Shown piece after piece: positions 46,100 through 56,823 of a DNA stretch of 64,000 nt. Every line of letters begins with the position of its first letter. Position 1 is the stretch's first letter. Below the pieces are notes generated by a model that was not told the DNA's origin, made no database searches, and was given only the letters and a program-made list of their open reading frames with translations. The position numbers and the translations under genes were made by a program. Origin of the DNA: an uncultured Armatimonadia bacterium (lineage in GTDB: Bacteria; Armatimonadota; Zipacnadia; Zipacnadales; UBA11051); contig CAZJVY010000006.1 in NCBI GenBank assembly GCA_964549395.1, positions 6,972-70,971 on the forward strand. The letters are read 5' to 3'.

Positions 46100-46120
46100 T
46101 CCTTGAGGTGACCATTTCGC

Positions 46121-47329
46121 CTACGCCGACGTCTGAGGCAGCTCGCCGGCCTTGCGTGTCTCATTGGGCCGAAAATCGGGCACCTCGATTTGCTCACCGG
46201 TTTCCGCCGAAGCGCCCGCCAGTATGCCCGGTGCCTGTACCTCGGCGGCGCGGTAGATATTGTTGAACGGCTCGGTATCGTTGATGATGCAGTTGACGAA
46301 GTCCTCTGCGGGGTAGTAGTCCAGGCCCCCGTGTCCGCTGGCGAGCGCGGCGGCAGGCACCGGCTGGAAGGCGGTGTGTCCCCACATCACCGGCACGCGG
46401 GTCTGCATGTAGCGCCCGGCCAGCCACCATGCGCCGGGGTCATCACGGGCGCCCGTACCGGTGCGCGCGGTCTCCATGTCGCCGCCGGTGCCCACCAGAT
46501 GGTACCAGTGCGCCGGTTGCGCGGTCGGGAAGTTGAAGCCACATACCAGGCGGATGACGGTATCCTTCTCGGTGTGCATGAGCGCCACCTGAAGATCCGA
46601 GCCGGACAGGAACTCGTGGTAGTAGCTGGCTTCGCGCCTCGTGCCCATGCAGAACACCCGCTTGACGCGATCATCCAGCACGCGCAGCAGGGGGCTGAGG
46701 TCGTGGGTGTGGTACTTGATGGGTGAGCCGAGGTTACAGTAGCGGCTCCTGACCGCCTTCGGGTTGCCTTTGGCTTCTTCCGAACCCATCTTGCGGCCGG
46801 TTTCACTGTCCACCCACAGGACGTAGTCGGGCATGCCGTGCAGGTACTGGCCTTCGGCAAGGAGCACCTTGCCGAGCTCCCCTCGCTCGATCATGTCGCG
46901 CCATGCGAACACCCAGGGCGACCAGGCGACCTGTTCGGCAAGCTCGAACTTGAGGCCCGTCCGCTCGACGGTGGTTACCAGTCGCCACACGTCGTCCATT
47001 TCGTAGCACATGGGCACTTCGGCGATGGCGTGCTTGCCGGCCTCCAGCGCGCGGACGCTCAACTCCGCCAGGGCTTCCGGTTCGGCGATGACGGCGACTG
47101 CATCCATGTCGGCTTCGGCAAGCATCTCGTCATAGTCACGGAAGCCCCGCACGTCCGGATCCTCGGCGCGCTCCAGTCCCTGCTCCACCAGCGGCCCAAT
47201 TCTGTCACAGACGGCCGTCAGCCGACAGTATGGTACTAGCTTCAGCGTGTTGATCCAGCCCCGACCTCGTCCGCCCATACCGACTATGCCGATCTTAACC
47301 TCGTCCATCGTGTCCCTCGCTTCGCTCAT
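46121..47329 (-). CDS. Gfo/Idh/MocA-family NAD(P)-dependent oxidoreductase
   Basis: KIGIVGMGGRG Rossmann start. The family's EKP-like motif appears as EAGKHAIAEVPM. Confidence 0.75.
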   Translation of the reverse strand: MSEARDTMDEVKIGIVGMGGRGRGWINTLKLVPYCRLTAVCDRIGPLVEQGLERAEDPDVRGFRDYDEMLAEADMDAVAVIAEPEALAELSVRALEAGKHAIAEVPMCYEMDDVWRLVTTVERTGLKFELAEQVAWSPWVFAWRDMIERGELGKVLLAEGQYLHGMPDYVLWVDSETGRKMGSEEAKGNPKAVRSRYCNLGSPIKYHTHDLSPLLRVLDDRVKRVFCMGTRREASYYHEFLSGSDLQVALMHTEKDTVIRLVCGFNFPTAQPAHWYHLVGTGGDMETARTGTGARDDPGAWWLAGRYMQTRVPVMWGHTAFQPVPAAALASGHGGLDYYPAEDFVNCIINDTEPFNNIYRAAEVQAPGILAGASAETGEQIEVPDFRPNETRKAGELPQTSA

Positions 47330-48246
47330 TTGTCCTTGAGATAACCGCGCATGTCCAATCCGAGTTCTCTCGCCTGTCTGGGTGCCCTGTCCCGATACAT
47401 CTCGACTATTTCGTGAACCGTCGCCCCTGCTACCTCATATCCCAGGTCGGTGACGATCTTCTTGTAGTGGGTGATGATCCCCTCGAGCGTCTGGCGTCTG
47501 AAGTCGGCCGGGTCGCCGTACTCAAAGATATTGTGTGTCACGGTATGGATGAGTTTGACCGGGACATCCTCCGCAATCTGCCTGCGGGCCGACTTGTCTA
47601 TGGTGTAGAAGTGGTTCTTGGCGTCAACAAGCTCCACGCGCAGGTCCTGGGGGTGTTTGCCTCCCCACATCCTGCTCTCCCAGTCTATCGTACCCGGTAC
47701 CTCAACGAAGTCCATGTCGCCGACCAGGCAGCGGTGATATGGATGCGTGTAGTGCATGAACAGCGGTGCTCCGGCCCATATTGAGGCACATTCGGGCAGA
47801 ATACGACCCGGAATAGAGCAGGTGCCGTGGGTGAAGCCGTTGCTGACCAGGATGGAATATGTGTAGTCGTTGGCGGAACCGTAGCCCATGCAGAGCGCTT
47901 GCGGACGCGTTCCCATGACCTGCGCAAAGCGGTCCGCGGCTTCTGCTATGATTTCCTCTTGCACGTCCGGGCCATAGATGCCAAGGAATGGGGAGTAGCC
48001 CTGAGCGGCGGCGTGAAGGTGTAGGCCGACCTCGTGTCCAGCCTCGCGCAGTTCATTATACAAACGCGGATGGGCCTCTAGGTCGGTCGCGATGACATAG
48101 AATGTCCCCCGCCAGCCCTCCGCCTCAAGCACATCGCGCAGGCCGCAGGTGGCGCGCTCTCCGAGAGCAGCGTCGTTGAGGGCCGGATCGGTGGCCTCAC
48201 AGTCGGTACTCAGGTTGAAGTAGATGGTGTGGTCCGTATTCGCCAT
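47326..48246 (-). CDS. polysaccharide deacetylase-like (CE4-like) protein
   Basis: GHEVGLHLH His motif and an Asp-rich N-terminal motif. Divergent from the canonical family. Confidence 0.45.
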   Translation of the reverse strand: MANTDHTIYFNLSTDCEATDPALNDAALGERATCGLRDVLEAEGWRGTFYVIATDLEAHPRLYNELREAGHEVGLHLHAAAQGYSPFLGIYGPDVQEEIIAEAADRFAQVMGTRPQALCMGYGSANDYTYSILVSNGFTHGTCSIPGRILPECASIWAGAPLFMHYTHPYHRCLVGDMDFVEVPGTIDWESRMWGGKHPQDLRVELVDAKNHFYTIDKSARRQIAEDVPVKLIHTVTHNIFEYGDPADFRRQTLEGIITHYKKIVTDLGYEVAGATVHEIVEMYRDRAPRQARELGLDMRGYLKDK

Positions 48247-48275
48247 GGCTGTCCCCTTCCGTCGTGGATTGTAGC

Positions 48276-49466
48276 CTAGTCATGCGCCTCGCCGCGCAGG
48301 ACCTTCTGCACCGCCGCAAACACCTCGTCCACCTCGATCTGCTGCATGCAGATATTGCTCCCATGTACGCAGCGGGCGTGTTTCTGATTGAAGACGGTAA
48401 GACACGGACTGCAGGGCAGGTGCCTGCAGACGACAACATTCCTGTGACCGACCGGTTTGTGCGTCCATGCTGTCGGCCCCAGCAGGACGACTACAGGAGC
48501 GCCGGCGATAGAGGCCAGGATCATCGGGCCGGTATCGCAACTGACCATGCAACTGACCAGCCGGCTGACGGCGGCCAGCTCGGCCAGCGTTGTCTGGCCT
48601 GCGAGGCTCACGACCGTGCCGCCGTTGCCGTCAACGCTCTCGACTATGGAGGCGACATATTCCACATCGCCGGGGCCGCCGGTGATCGCCACCTGTGCGC
48701 CCAATTCCCGCACGCAACGCTGGGCCAGAAGGGCGAACTTGTCCTTGTTCCATCGTCGCGGCGGCGCGCTGAAGGCACTGACATTGGGGTTCAATAGGAT
48801 GATGGGCCTGGTCTCGTCCAGGCCGTTCCTGCTCAGTACTTCGTGTCCCCGGCGCATGTCGTCTTCGGAAAGCTGTACCCCCGGGATAGGTCTTTCGGGC
48901 TGGGCACCGCACACCTTGGCGATGCCGTCGTAGAACATGTCAATCATCTGCAAGTGGATTGAGTAGTGCATTCGATCCGTGAGCAGGTTGCCCCGGTACA
49001 TGGAGGGGCTGTGGAAACCGGCGCGGCGTGGGGCACCGGTCAGATAGCTGAGGATCATGGTGAAGCGGGCGAAGTAATCGAGGTCCACCACCAGATCGTA
49101 GCGGTTGGCCCGCAGCTTCCTGAGAATGCGGATGGCAGAGACAACAAATGCCCACGCGGAGCGCCCGGACACGAGGCACAACTCATCAACATGGCCGGCT
49201 AGCTCGACGGCCGGCTTGAACTGCTCGAAGGTCAGGAAGTCCACCTGCACGCCGGGCAGGAGCTGCTTCAGCGACCTGGTGACCGCGGAGGTGAGCAGTA
49301 TCGTGCCGAGGCCGAGCAGCTTGATGACCAAGACGCGCCTGGGTGGCGTGCCATCATTGGGGCGTCCCCTGCGCAGAAGCGACTTCACAGAGTTCACCAC
49401 TGAGAGCAGCCAACACCCGGCCACACCCAGGGTGTTGTCAAGCAGACGCATCGCGGTGACGTTCAT
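48276..49466 (-). CDS. glycosyltransferase family 9 (heptosyltransferase-like)
   Basis: VLVIKLLGLGTILLTSAV N-terminal motif. GT-B fold with a C-terminal G-x-D-T/S-G-P-M-I-L-A region. Confidence 0.65.
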   Translation of the reverse strand: MNVTAMRLLDNTLGVAGCWLLSVVNSVKSLLRRGRPNDGTPPRRVLVIKLLGLGTILLTSAVTRSLKQLLPGVQVDFLTFEQFKPAVELAGHVDELCLVSGRSAWAFVVSAIRILRKLRANRYDLVVDLDYFARFTMILSYLTGAPRRAGFHSPSMYRGNLLTDRMHYSIHLQMIDMFYDGIAKVCGAQPERPIPGVQLSEDDMRRGHEVLSRNGLDETRPIILLNPNVSAFSAPPRRWNKDKFALLAQRCVRELGAQVAITGGPGDVEYVASIVESVDGNGGTVVSLAGQTTLAELAAVSRLVSCMVSCDTGPMILASIAGAPVVVLLGPTAWTHKPVGHRNVVVCRHLPCSPCLTVFNQKHARCVHGSNICMQQIEVDEVFAAVQKVLRGEAHD

Positions 49467-49484
49467 GCCGCTGCTGTCCCCACC

Positions 49485-49973
49485 TCACTGCGGTGATTCC
49501 TCATCGTCGCGTGCCCTGATGACCTCCAGCAGCCGTGACGTTGAATTCCCGCTCAGGTACGGCCCGATCACGACTTCGCCTCCGAGCGCTTCGACGACGG
49601 CGGTCTCCTTCATGTCTTCTTTTTGATAGTCGCCGCCCTTGACGTGGATGTGGGGCCGGACCGCCTCGATGGTCTTCACCGGGTCGAGCTCGTCGAAGAT
49701 GATGACGAAATCCACGGCGGGCAAGGCGGCGATTATGCGCGCTCGCTCGTCCTCGGGTATAACCGGCCGGCCAGCGCCCTTGAGCTTGCGCACGGAGGCG
49801 TCGCTGTTGATACCGACGACCAGCGCATCCCCGAGACTGCGCGAGAAGTTCAGCAGGCTGATATGCCCCAGGTGCAGCAGGTCGAAGCAGCCATTGGTGA
49901 ACACGATGCGCGTCGCGTCGTCGAGACTGTCCCGTAATGCCCCGAATGTCTCCCGGCCAACGATCAGGCCCAT
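49485..49973 (-). CDS. D-glycero-beta-D-manno-heptose-1-phosphate adenylyltransferase (RfaE domain II / cytidylyltransferase-like)
   Basis: VFTNGCFDLLHLGHISLL (HxGH nucleotidyltransferase motif). Start chosen at MGLIVGRE, giving about 163 aa. Confidence 0.7.
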   Translation of the reverse strand: MGLIVGRETFGALRDSLDDATRIVFTNGCFDLLHLGHISLLNFSRSLGDALVVGINSDASVRKLKGAGRPVIPEDERARIIAALPAVDFVIIFDELDPVKTIEAVRPHIHVKGGDYQKEDMKETAVVEALGGEVVIGPYLSGNSTSRLLEVIRARDDEESPQ

Positions 49974-50165
49974 GCCGTCACACCCGCTCTCAGCAAACCC
50001 ACCAGTTGTCCGCACAGCCCTATTCCACGCCATGGCTGCACTGACCTGCCGCTCGCGAGGGGCCTGGAAGCATGCGGAGGCAGGTGCTCTGTGTACCTGC
50101 AGGGAAGTTCGCTAGGAGAACTAAGGGCAACCCATCGAAGAGCAGCCATAGGAGGTTTCTCCCCG

Positions 50166-53100
50166 ATGAAGAATGTGGCCAGTGCCCTGATGGTCAGCGT
50201 CCTGCTCTCGCTCGTCACTGCGGCGACGGATGCTGCGGGAGAGCTGAAGTGCATCCAGCAGCCGACTTTTTGGATTGTCGGGCAGTGGACGCGGATCATG
50301 ATTGAGACGCCCGCGGACAGCGGTCAGCTTGAGGTCACACACCCGCAGGAGTTGCAGCTCATTGACCGCCGGCCTTACAAGCCCGGCGACACGATGCAGC
50401 GTTTCTACTTTAGGGCTATTGAGCCGTTGTCGGCAGGGGAGGTAACGTTCCGGTCGGGGCAATACGCTCTATCGCTGCCCATCCGTGTAATGGCGTGGAA
50501 AGAGGTGCTGACCGAGCGCTGCGAACGGGAAGTGAACCCCGGTTACACTTGGGCCGGCACGATAAAGCTGCCGCGGCTGTTCCCGATTGAGAGCGAGGAT
50601 GAGCCAAAGAGCGGCCTGAGCTACCTGACACGTGAGGAGTTGAATAACCAACGAGAGGGGTTCGCCCACGACCAGAAAGCGGAGGCCCAGCGGCGGGTGG
50701 GGGAGGTGGAGGACCTACACAAGCTGTTCTACTCCCTGCCGGAGAGCACCATCCCCCGTGCCGTGTACGTCAACAACCCCGTGTACCGGCCGGAGGATGC
50801 TGAGCCGGCGAAGGGTTGCCCGATATGCGGCACCAAGGTCTTCGAGGGCCGCTCGGCATTCTATCCGTGGGTGCTGGACCGTGAGAACCATCCGTTTAAG
50901 CTGCAATGCCCGGAGTGCGGGCGGTGGTTCCCTAGCAATGACTTCGGCGCGGGCGACATGACCGGCGGGGAGTTCCCGGATGATGGTTGGGGGTACTTCG
51001 ACGAGAAGGGGCGGCCGTACTCATTTGTCGGCTATTACGTGTTACAGAACTATCGCGGCGGGGAGCGCCGCACCGAGCTGTTCTCGCGTTACTACCTGGC
51101 CTGTGGTGACCGGCGCTGGGCGCGCGCGACGGCGGTCCTGCTGTTTCGCGTTGCCGAGCAGTACCTGAACCTGGCGCTCAACATCAACCAGCGGGAGAGG
51201 TACATGCGCGACAACCTGTGGCGGGGTGCAATCCCGCCACAGGGCACGCCACCGCCCAGCTATTCCTCATACTTCTCCCCCGGCTTCTACCTGGATGCCG
51301 TGTGGTCCATCGGGCTTGAGAGGTTCTACGCCGAGGCGTTCGAGAGAATCTGGGACTACTTCGATGAGGAAGACCCGGAGTTGCTGAAGTTTCTGCAGGA
51401 CAACTACCATCCCGAGATGCAGACCATGCAGGATGTGAAAAGCTTCATCGAGACGGGCTACTTCCGCACCGTAGCGCAGGGCGTTCTGGATTATAGCGTG
51501 GCCGGCAACGGGCCGACGGAGCATGCCATGGCCATGAGGCTGGCGCGCTTCCTGAATACTCCGCACTCCATCGAGCTTGTTGACTGGGTCTTCAACAACC
51601 CCAGGCACGGCATGCGCTACTACCTGTCCAACAACTTCTTCATTGATGGTTCGGGCTACGAATCGCCCGGCTACAACAACGCTCACTACGGGAGCACGGT
51701 GGACCTTGCCGACATGCTAACGCGACTGACTGAGTTGCGGCCGCAGCAGTACGCGCAGGCAGGCTTCCCGCTGTTGGCTGATAGCCCCAAGTTCAAGTAC
51801 ATGTTCGACCACAACATCGACCTCAGCCTCATCAGCCGCACCTATGCCAATGTGGGTGATGATGGCGATCTCGCCTACACCGATCCCCTGCCTTTGAAGT
51901 CGGGGGCTTCGTTAGTGACCAACAAGTGGGTGAATGCCTTCGAGAGATGGCCGGAGGAAGTCAACTATGCGAGGGCTTTGTGGGACAGCACGACCAATGC
52001 TCCCAGCAGGTATCTGACCGACCCGGAATTGCGTGCCAAGGTGACCGAGATAGTGGAGCGCGAGGGGCCATATCTCAATCTACCCAGCCAGGTGCTGGAC
52101 GGATATGGGCATGTCATCCTGCGCAGCGGCGAAGGCGACGACCAACGGGCGCTGTGGATGAGATACGGGACGATGTACGGACATGCCCACCACGATTGCT
52201 TGACCATCGGCTTCGAGGCCCTGCAGCGCACTTTGCTGCCTGAACAGGGCTACAACCGGGGGCCGGACTACCGCACTGAGTGGGACATGAACTGGGCGAT
52301 TCACTACTGCGGCAGGATTGTGGGTGCGGCAGGAGAGCCGGCCAATGAGTGGGGCCGGCAGGGACGAGGTGGCGGCAGCTTGCGGCTGTTCGGTGACGGT
52401 GGCTGGGTGAAGATGGCGACGGCCGGACGCCGGCTCTGCAATGAGCTTGACCCGCCGGAACTGATGGAGCTGACCGACGATCTGGCCCTGGAGCGGACCA
52501 TCGCGCTGGTGGATGTGGATGCCCAGCACTCGTATGCGGTAAGCATGTTCCGTCTCACCGGCGGGACCGATCACTATTGGAGCTTCCACGGCCCGCGCGG
52601 CGCCGCCGAGGCAAGCGGCCTGCAGTTGACCGCGCAGAACGGCGGCACGCTCGCCGGGCCGGACGTGCCGTACGGGCAGAAGTGGAACTCGGAATGGAGC
52701 CAGCAGCACTTCCATCTGCTGACCTTCCCCTTCCTCTACGATGTGCGGCGAGCACGGCCTGTTGAGCCGTGGAGCGTGCGCTGGGACCTGGAGAACTACC
52801 CGGACGTGCACCTGCACCTGCATTCACTGCAGCCTGCCGGTGCGGAGGTGTCGCTATCCAAGGGCAAGCCCCCTGGGGGTGGCAAGCCGTACGAGTTGGT
52901 GTGGGTGGTGCAGCACAATTCTGGCACTGAGCCGCTGGACAGCGTGTTTGTCGAAGTTATGGAAGCGTATGAAGGAGAGCCGGTCATCTCCGAAGTGCGG
53001 CGTCTCGAGGTGAGCGGCAACAAGGGCGGTCAACCACCCGTCGCGTTCCAGGTTATGTGCGGTGGCCGGACGGACACGATCATCCATTCAGCCGACCCGG

Positions 53101-53768
53101 CAGGGACGGTGATAACCGGCAACGGCATCGCGATGCAGGGGTCGTTCGGCGTGTGGTCGGAAGAAGGCGGCACAGTGAAGCGGGCGTTCCTAGTTGGCGG
53201 CACGCGGATAGCGAAGGGTGAGACGGAACATGCGACTGCAGCGCCGGCATGGAGCGGCAAGATCGTGGCGGCCGACTTCGCGGCGTGCAAGATCCAGGTA
53301 TCACCTGCACCTGATGAGCCGGTGAAGCTGGTGGGGCGGTACGCGCGGATTACCAATGAGGTCGGCAGTGACACCACGCACCTCATCAAGGGGGCCAAGC
53401 CGGTAGCGGGTGGCGTCGAACTGGTGCTCGAGCTGGACCCGAGGATCGGGGAAGGGCCGGTCGGCGCAGTACATGCAGATGGCGTGCAGTCGGCGGTGCG
53501 TTTGCAGTTCGGCGGTCTCTACTACAGGGGCAAGACACTGAGCAATGAGGACCATTCCGCGCTCTACAAGCTCAGTGGGGTGAAGGATTCCCGGGCTTAC
53601 GTCAGCATTTCGACGGACCCGCAGGCGACAGAGGACGGCCTACGCCGGCAATTCGCCGACAGGGATGGGGATGGCACGCCCCGGTTCCTGATCTACGACT
53701 ACGGACCAGGCGATGTGGTGACAGTGCCCAGTATCATTTCCATATCCCACGGTGGCACTGAGGGGTAG
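50166..53768 (+). CDS. large secreted heparinase II/III-like protein, paralog 3, with double zinc ribbon
   Basis: Signal peptide MKNVASALMVSVLLSLVTAATDAAG with an AGGAGG RBS. GCPICGTK...QCPECGRWFPSNDF ribbon. GHAHHDCLTIGFE...LPEQGY motif. Confidence 0.6.
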   Translation: MKNVASALMVSVLLSLVTAATDAAGELKCIQQPTFWIVGQWTRIMIETPADSGQLEVTHPQELQLIDRRPYKPGDTMQRFYFRAIEPLSAGEVTFRSGQYALSLPIRVMAWKEVLTERCEREVNPGYTWAGTIKLPRLFPIESEDEPKSGLSYLTREELNNQREGFAHDQKAEAQRRVGEVEDLHKLFYSLPESTIPRAVYVNNPVYRPEDAEPAKGCPICGTKVFEGRSAFYPWVLDRENHPFKLQCPECGRWFPSNDFGAGDMTGGEFPDDGWGYFDEKGRPYSFVGYYVLQNYRGGERRTELFSRYYLACGDRRWARATAVLLFRVAEQYLNLALNINQRERYMRDNLWRGAIPPQGTPPPSYSSYFSPGFYLDAVWSIGLERFYAEAFERIWDYFDEEDPELLKFLQDNYHPEMQTMQDVKSFIETGYFRTVAQGVLDYSVAGNGPTEHAMAMRLARFLNTPHSIELVDWVFNNPRHGMRYYLSNNFFIDGSGYESPGYNNAHYGSTVDLADMLTRLTELRPQQYAQAGFPLLADSPKFKYMFDHNIDLSLISRTYANVGDDGDLAYTDPLPLKSGASLVTNKWVNAFERWPEEVNYARALWDSTTNAPSRYLTDPELRAKVTEIVEREGPYLNLPSQVLDGYGHVILRSGEGDDQRALWMRYGTMYGHAHHDCLTIGFEALQRTLLPEQGYNRGPDYRTEWDMNWAIHYCGRIVGAAGEPANEWGRQGRGGGSLRLFGDGGWVKMATAGRRLCNELDPPELMELTDDLALERTIALVDVDAQHSYAVSMFRLTGGTDHYWSFHGPRGAAEASGLQLTAQNGGTLAGPDVPYGQKWNSEWSQQHFHLLTFPFLYDVRRARPVEPWSVRWDLENYPDVHLHLHSLQPAGAEVSLSKGKPPGGGKPYELVWVVQHNSGTEPLDSVFVEVMEAYEGEPVISEVRRLEVSGNKGGQPPVAFQVMCGGRTDTIIHSADPAGTVITGNGIAMQGSFGVWSEEGGTVKRAFLVGGTRIAKGETEHATAAPAWSGKIVAADFAACKIQVSPAPDEPVKLVGRYARITNEVGSDTTHLIKGAKPVAGGVELVLELDPRIGEGPVGAVHADGVQSAVRLQFGGLYYRGKTLSNEDHSALYKLSGVKDSRAYVSISTDPQATEDGLRRQFADRDGDGTPRFLIYDYGPGDVVTVPSIISISHGGTEG

Positions 53769-53797
53769 TGCGGTGAAGCGGAAGATGGGCACGCCGG

Positions 53798-55903
53798 ATG
53801 TCTACAATCGGAAAGGCGATGGGAAGCATGTTTGAGGAGCTCTACAAGCTGTTACGGGCGGAGATATCCGGCGAGAACGCCAAGAACATGGCGACGGATA
53901 TCTGGCTGCACGACTGCACCTGCTCATTCGCCGAGTACGCCAAGTCGGCGCGATACTGCGTGGACAGACTAAGAGAAGCCAGTGCCAGCGAGGCCGAGAT
54001 AATCGCTTTTCCTGCAACCGGCAAGGCGAAGTACGGAGCCTACAGGCTGCAGAGAGCATGGGACGGCCATGACGCAGAACTGCACATAGTGCAGCCGGGC
54101 GCTCAGGCCAGGCGACTGCTGTCATACCGCGACAACCCGTACGTGCTCTGCCGGGGCAGCGCCGCCACTGCGAGGGGGGGCATTGGGGCCGAGGTCGTCA
54201 TCCTGGAGGGAGGCGCCAAGGATGCCGATTACAAGCGCACCAACGTAAAGGGCAAGATTATCTTGACGGGCAGCGCACCTCGCGCCATCCAGAAGCTGGC
54301 AGCCAAGCACGGGGCCATTGGCATTGTCACCGACATCATGGCGACCAATCCGCTTGTGCGCCCTACCCCGATGGACCTGCCTGATGCGCACCTGTGGCAG
54401 ACGATGGAGCCGGATGGGAAGCTGTTCGCGTTCGTGCTTTCGCCGCGTGAGGGCAAGCAGCTTCGCGACATGGTGGCCGCACAGCAGAAGAAGAACCGGC
54501 CGGTGACGCTACGCGCATTTGTTGATACGAGAATATACGATGGCAAGTACGAGATGGTGAGTGCCAGCATCAAGGGGCGGCGCACGGACCAGGAGGTCGC
54601 CTTGGTAGCCCACCTCTACGAGCCCGGATGCAATGACAATGCTTCGGGCGTGTCGGTGTGTCTGGAGATAGTCCGCGCGCTGAATGCCCTCATCAAGGCC
54701 GGCAAGCTGCCACGGCCCTACCGGACGATCCGCGTCTGGCTGGTACATGAATTCCAGTCCTTGCAGGCCCTGGCCTACGCGCGGCCCGAGGACATGGAGC
54801 GGGTCATCGCCGCCGCCAACGTGGACTTCGTGGGGCAGGAGCAGAGCCTGTGCGGCAGTCACCTGATGTATCAGACCTGTCCGGGCGCGCTGCCATCGTT
54901 CATTGACCACGTCCTGCTCGAACTCATTGAGGACTTCCGGGGCACCTTCTACACGTGGGGCAACGACGCGAGCACCGAGCGGTACTTTGCGACACTGCAA
55001 ACGCCGTTCTGGATGAACGACAACTTCATATCCGACCCCTCCATAGGCGTTCCCAGCGTTGCCTTGATCCAGTGGCCGGACAAGTTCTATCATACCGATC
55101 ATGACACACCGGACAAGGTGGTCCCCGATTCGCTGGCCCGCGTTGCCGCACTGGCGGGCAGCTTCGTTTATCGCATAGCCAACGCGCGCACGCCGCAGGT
55201 TCTGGATTTCGCGGAGGCCGTCGCCGACCGCACCGGCGAGTTCCTCCGAGCGGCCGTTGACAAGGAAATGGCGAACCTAGTGGCTCTCGTCAGCAGTACA
55301 GACAACGAAGCGCAGGGCGGGAAGAAGAAGGGCTCTGATGTTGCCAAGCAGTTCGCCGAGACGTGGCGCGAGGTGCATGAGAAGATTGACTACGAGCGCG
55401 ACCGGCAGCTTGCCGCGTTGGACTCCCTGAGTGTGCTGCTGTCGGAACGGGAAATGAAGGCGGCAGGGGACAGCATGGCAGAGGCTAGGGCCGAGATTGA
55501 CGGAGCCGCCCGGACATGGCACCAGCGGGCGGAGCGGAGAGTGGCAGCGGTGGCCAAAGAGCGCGGTCTGGCGGTCGCCGGGCCGGCGGAGAAGAAGCCA
55601 CTCACCGCCGCGGAGAAGCGTGCAGCCGCCATTGTGCCGTACCGCAAGCTGCGCGGCATTGTCTCGAACGCCGAACTGCCGAAGAAGGCCCAGGAGGCGA
55701 TCCAGAAGGCAAGCAAGGGCGGCATCCCGCGTTTGATGCTCTACTGGGTGGACGGCAAGCGGTCGGTGCTCGACATCTGCCGCCTGACCAGGCTCGAAGG
55801 CGACGGCAAGCCGGTTGAGCCGGCACGGGCCATTCGTTGGGCGGAGGCGATGAAGCAGGCAGGGGTCGTGGGTCTGAGACGGCGTCCTGCATCCCGAGCT
55901 TGA
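53798..55903 (+). CDS. M28-family peptidase-like protein with PA-domain insertion and Ala/Lys-rich C-terminal extension
   Basis: CNDNASG (compare M28 GADDNASG). PA-like segment VKGKIILTGSAPRA...GAIGIV. Conserved HTDHDTPDKV motif. Confidence 0.5.
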   Translation: MSTIGKAMGSMFEELYKLLRAEISGENAKNMATDIWLHDCTCSFAEYAKSARYCVDRLREASASEAEIIAFPATGKAKYGAYRLQRAWDGHDAELHIVQPGAQARRLLSYRDNPYVLCRGSAATARGGIGAEVVILEGGAKDADYKRTNVKGKIILTGSAPRAIQKLAAKHGAIGIVTDIMATNPLVRPTPMDLPDAHLWQTMEPDGKLFAFVLSPREGKQLRDMVAAQQKKNRPVTLRAFVDTRIYDGKYEMVSASIKGRRTDQEVALVAHLYEPGCNDNASGVSVCLEIVRALNALIKAGKLPRPYRTIRVWLVHEFQSLQALAYARPEDMERVIAAANVDFVGQEQSLCGSHLMYQTCPGALPSFIDHVLLELIEDFRGTFYTWGNDASTERYFATLQTPFWMNDNFISDPSIGVPSVALIQWPDKFYHTDHDTPDKVVPDSLARVAALAGSFVYRIANARTPQVLDFAEAVADRTGEFLRAAVDKEMANLVALVSSTDNEAQGGKKKGSDVAKQFAETWREVHEKIDYERDRQLAALDSLSVLLSEREMKAAGDSMAEARAEIDGAARTWHQRAERRVAAVAKERGLAVAGPAEKKPLTAAEKRAAAIVPYRKLRGIVSNAELPKKAQEAIQKASKGGIPRLMLYWVDGKRSVLDICRLTRLEGDGKPVEPARAIRWAEAMKQAGVVGLRRRPASRA

Positions 55904-55909
55904 GGCAGC

Positions 55910-56818
55910 TTGAACGATGGGCTCCGACCAGGAAGCAAGGCGGATAGCATGGGAGGGTCGCGTCGGTCAGAGGTGAGAGCGCTGGACATAGACATGAGCA
56001 TCGGCGGCATGGTATGGACGCTTGGGGAGATGACCGGGCTCTACGAGCAGATCGCCTGGTTCGCCGAGCGCGATTTCACCGGGATCAGCTTTCACACACA
56101 GCCGGACCTCAGCCAGGAATGGGCGACTTTTGATGTCCGCAAGGCGTCACGTGACGACAGGGAGAGGCTAGATGACGCCTTGGCGCCATTCAAGGAAGCC
56201 AGCATTCACGGCGAGTCGTTCGTGTGTGACATATTGCTGGAGAGCCCGAATGATCTGGTGCGCCGCGCGTCGGTGGAGTCTCTGCGGCAGACGATCGAGT
56301 TGGCTGCGGAAGTCGGTGTGGCCGTTGTGACTTTGCACAAGGGCAAGGCTGGTGCGCAATGGGCCCCGCAGGCGCTTCGAGATGCGTTCGCCCGCACGCT
56401 GGACGAGTTGGGGCAGATGACGGCAGGAACGGGGGTGACGGCCGCCATCGAGAACGAACCCGGCGTCAAGCCGGACTACGACCTGATCATGCAGGCCGAT
56501 GCGTCGGTCGGCGTCACCATTGACGTTGGCCACATCTGCATGAATGACGGGGAAGGCTACCGCGAGTTCGGGACGATCGGGAACCTGATACGGCATCTGG
56601 GGGATCGGGTGGCGCACGTCCATGTGCACGACTACGACGGTAAGCAGGATCACCTCGCCGTCGGCAGCGGCCTTGTGGATTGGCGCGACGTGTTGGGGGC
56701 GCTGGTTGACACCGGCTACAGCGGCATGCTGTGCATGGAGTACAGTCCTACGCTTACCACGCCGCAGGACTATGTGGATGGCCGTAAACGGCTGCAGGAT
56801 ACTCTGGGGGGCCTGTAA
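55910..56818 (+). CDS. sugar phosphate isomerase/epimerase (xylose-isomerase-like TIM barrel)
   Basis: AIENEPG...DVGH...HVHVHD metal-binding pattern typical of the family. Confidence 0.7.
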   Translation: MNDGLRPGSKADSMGGSRRSEVRALDIDMSIGGMVWTLGEMTGLYEQIAWFAERDFTGISFHTQPDLSQEWATFDVRKASRDDRERLDDALAPFKEASIHGESFVCDILLESPNDLVRRASVESLRQTIELAAEVGVAVVTLHKGKAGAQWAPQALRDAFARTLDELGQMTAGTGVTAAIENEPGVKPDYDLIMQADASVGVTIDVGHICMNDGEGYREFGTIGNLIRHLGDRVAHVHVHDYDGKQDHLAVGSGLVDWRDVLGALVDTGYSGMLCMEYSPTLTTPQDYVDGRKRLQDTLGGL

Positions 56819-56823
56819 GCCCT

